Below are positions 61,201 to 64,000 of a stretch of 64,000 bases of DNA, piece by piece; positions within the stretch are counted from its first letter, which is position 1, and every line of letters starts with the position of its first letter. The position numbers were made by a program, and so were the translations under genes. The stretch is taken from assembly GCA_030141605.1 (NCBI GenBank), contig JAQGDQ010000021.1:434001-498000 (forward strand), written 5' to 3'. The notes under the pieces are model-generated. The model searched no databases and was not told where the DNA came from. It worked only from the letters and a program-made list of their open reading frames with translations. Source of the DNA: Tubiluchus corallicola. Lineage: Eukaryota > Animalia > Priapulida.

Positions 61201-64000
61201 CTAGATGATAGTGAACGGCTTCCAGTAAAAACTTACAATCCTCCCACTGTATCAACTACAATTAACCACGATCGAAATCCAGCACCTGTTACACCTCCTA
61301 TGGTTTTTGAAGAACTGAAAAAGAAACGTCGGCACACAAGCAAGGAGAAAAGAAAAGAGAAGAAAAAACACACGAAAAGCAAGAAAAAGGTAAAACATAG
61401 TTTATGCTAGTGAGTTTTCAAAATTGCATTTTATTGTACTCCACTCTTTGGTAGTTTTTTATTAACTGACTTATTCTTGTTATGATTGTTAAATTGTTCT
61501 GCTTATTTATTATACTTACTAGCCTCTTTTATTGAACAATTTCCTTATGTTCAGGGCCATAATGTAAGAAGCGATTCAATAGAACCACCTGTATCTGAAG
61601 CAGGAGTAGAAAACCATGTTCTCGATGAGAAAAAGGTCAGTTGTAAGATAGTATCAACATGTCTTCGTCTAAATTGTCTCCAAATAAGTAGTATCTTTCT
61701 TGTGCAGTAAATGCGTAATTTCATACATTTGATGATTTAATAGAACTTGTCATCCTTTAGTATTCTTTTAGGTTATTTTTAAATTTCCGAATCTTGTGTT
61801 GTTTTGAACAGAAATGTATATACTTGTTTATACATGTAGATGGATGATATTGAATTCTGGCTGTCTGGTGTTGATGCTGCACAGAAAAATATTTCTGAGA
61901 CTAAACCTTCCATTGAGGTCAACAACAGGCCTATGGAACCGCCAACGTCTTTACCTGTTTCTTTGGATAACAGGCTAAGTGATAAAGAAGATAAAAATAT
62001 TAGTCATAAGGTTAGTAAATAAAATGTTTTCAATATTTGATTGCATTGAATCTTTTCTTTGCTGTTTTTTTAAAAAGTTTATTTATCTTGTGTTGGCTGT
62101 CATTAATTAGTCTTCATCTATGCATTATGATTTAATTTACCAAGCTAAGGTGCTGTGGCATTATTGTCACCATGTCTTTTGATGGACCTATCCTCATCTG
62201 TCTGTAGATTTGCAATCCACGACAATTTTTTACTTGTTGTGGACTTTACAGTTGATGTTAGTCTGCCTGCAATCGGTGTATCTGACGTTGATGATGCGTT
62301 TTCCTTCAATCGAAATTTTATGCTTTAGTATACTTGCAGCAAATGACTGAGTACATCTAAGTTAATAACGTAATTTGCCATATTTTTTAGAAATCTAAAA
62401 AGAGAGAAAAGAAGGGGAAGAAAGAGAAGAGAAAAGAAAAACATAAGGGCAAGAAAGATAAAACGGAATACGAGGAAGCACCAGGCATAGCCACTCCATC
62501 TCGAGAAAATTTATGCAATGCACCTGCAACACCATGCGTCACTACAGAACAAGTTGCTATAATGTCTAATTACAAACTGTTAGGTGAAAATCAAACTATA
62601 AAACTGGTGAGTTCATTTCCTATGGGATTGCTCCTTGGATGTTCATGAAATAGTGTATGATTTATTTGTAAGACAAATGTTTTGCACACCTCAGAAATTT
62701 AAAATTTTCCTGATGGTGTTTATAGTGCTGTTTACACTACAGAGGACATTTGTGACCTTGTCTGCCTGTATTCCTATTTACACTATACGTATATGTGTAG
62801 ACTTGTTTTTCCACCGTGTTATTAAAAATACACAGTCAGTGTCCGCGTATGCAGTGAAATGTGTTTGGTCATGGCTATGCTGTGCCTGCAGAGAATAGCC
62901 AAAGGATGCAGGATGGTTACTTATTCTGCTTACAATACAAATTGAATCCATGTCCTGGATGTGTAAATCTTCTGTGATTGCACCAGGAAGGTAGTCGTGG
63001 AAGTTGCACTACTTGTAGTAGTCTCTGTGTGATTGTTTACATTAGATCTGGTTCCAAAAAATTCACCACAGATAGAATATTTTCTGTTAGTGTAAATGGG
63101 TTTTTTATTATCAGTAAATATAAACAGTGTGAATGCACATTTTTTCCATCAAATTTATTTCTGTACAAGAGAAAGGGAAAAGGTCCTGGATAAACCTTGA
63201 GGCAATCTTGTGTGTTGTATTTTGTAGAAAAAGGGACATTTAGGCCTACACCATTGGTGAATTTGTAACTTAGTTATACAGTGATTATTGGCTTTAAGAT
63301 TTTAATGCTTTTTTAATTATCATAATATTTACAATATAACTATGATTGATAATTCTAACATTAAATGATTTAATGCTGAAAATTAAATGAAATTTTAGAC
63401 ATATGAAACACGAGTGGATCCAACTCAACAACATCAAGTGATTGTGTCTGTTGTATTTGCAAACACAACACCTTATCTTATAAAGAATTTAGATTTCAAC
63501 GTGCTTGACTCGCTTAATACGAAGCTCATACGTGGGGTAAGCTGCTAATACATTGAAATATGTGGACTCATTAGCCTTTTGTCATTTAGAAATACATTGA
63601 AAGTTTGTTTAAAATGGTCTTAGATATGGTCTGCTGTTGTGTGAGATGGTTTTAGGTTTCTGCTTATTAAAAATTTGACGCAGTAGAAAAAATTATCCAA
63701 GCAAAATTTGTGACAAAGTTTATTTTAATTAGCATATCACATTAAATTTTAACTAATTACCACAGCTATTATTACAAAGATTTTGTTGCAGTGGTAACCT
63801 AATAAAAGTAATTTATTTATTTCCCAAGCAGTTTTCCTTAATTTTTTTACTTTACTTGTGGAGTAGATTACTGCATTACTGATTTTTTTTAGGATGAGAG
63901 TGACGGTGTGAAGGTACCATTCCAACTGCCTGCTGGCTCTAGTAATGAAGGACAGTTTGCTTTTACGGTTCAAGCTATAAATCATCCGCAAAAACTTCGT
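40286..64000 (+). CDS. AP3D1: AP-3 adaptor complex subunit delta; 3' end lies beyond the window
   Basis: In-frame GT-AG exons: 40286-40390, 42304-42399, 45103-45183, 45355-45435, 47414-47521, 48257-48386, 48717-48856, 48992-49065, 49702-49751, 50445-50494, 53568-53616, 54392-54537, 54860-55008, 55839-55965, 56172-56275, 56811-57042, 57703-57848, 58038-58108, 58456-58553, 58824-58977, 59550-59722, 60254-60330, 61197-61389, 61555-61635, 61840-62010, 62391-62606, 63399-63536, 63893->64000. Diagnostic peptides: MFDKNMTDMVRGIRN, MLGYDISWAAFNIIEVMS, TPDLARDLANDI, LRPAFPRLKEKLEDPD, DSDQNLKYLGLLAM, ELNPVAVKAQKKVPVP, IDLSVPL, DPHRALDINLD. Confidence 0.96.
40444..40800 (-). mobile_element. L2-clade LINE ORF2 C-terminal relic in AP3D1 intron 1
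   Basis: Minus translation SYLSNLL...VPFNRCKTIVDRSFSVANPREWNKLPLDL...FKKQLKIRLFTLAF*, matching the L2 terminal motif RSFSV..P..WN.LP...FK..LKT.LF..AF. Confidence 0.8.
44488..44714. repeat. Two-copy tandem duplication, period 112 bp, in AP3D1 intron 2
   Basis: agcatctgtgtatttaatgcaattta...cccacatatactgctat occurs at 44503 and again at 44615 with only a few substitutions. Confidence 0.9.
48039..48136. repeat. ~100-bp foldback / mini-MITE in AP3D1 intron 5
   Basis: GGTCACTTGG...GGACA...ACAGTGG and CCACTGT...TGTCC...CCAAGTGACC are reverse complements. Confidence 0.65.
51150..51215 (+). mobile_element. Tc1/pogo(Tigger)-like MITE terminus in AP3D1 intron 10
   Basis: TA-CAGTATAATCTGCTTATAACGAAC resembles pogo-family TIR starts; a similar terminus TA-CAGTAAATCCTCGCTTAATGAA is at 23281. 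The partner ends were not securely located. Confidence 0.35.

Noticed and set aside
1-64000. tRNA, rRNA, CRISPR, prokaryotic operon, or a functional cluster linking NRDC, MTAP, BAP18 and AP3D1
   Set aside because: None was recognised. The four genes are unrelated housekeeping functions, and nothing in the sequence indicates a shared pathway.

Overview
This is AT-rich, intron-rich genomic DNA from an invertebrate animal; the taxon cannot be determined from the sequence. Gene models were built by hand from GT-AG boundaries and reading-frame continuity. In order: (1) the last six coding exons of a nardilysin (NRDC, M16A metallopeptidase) on +, 340-3982; (2) two intact tandem paralogues of S-methyl-5'-thioadenosine phosphorylase (MTAP) on -, copy A 5935-12056 and copy B 24196-29576, each with 9 coding exons and 274 aa, about 88% identical by hand alignment; (3) an intronless BAP18/C17orf49 gene on +, 35908-36426; (4) AP-3 complex subunit delta (AP3D1) on +, from 40286 off the right edge, with 28 exons seen. 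Introns and intergenic DNA hold hAT- and Harbinger-type MITEs and decayed CR1/L2/RTE-type LINE fragments. Most entries in the supplied ORF track are spurious or are single exons read through into introns. No clearly new biological system can be demonstrated. The best leads are the MTAP duplication with substitutions next to the ligand pocket, an inverted MITE pair around only the MTAP-A start-codon exon, abutting convergent NRDC/MTAP-A 3' ends, and a hydrophobic ORF at the start of AP3D1 intron 10.
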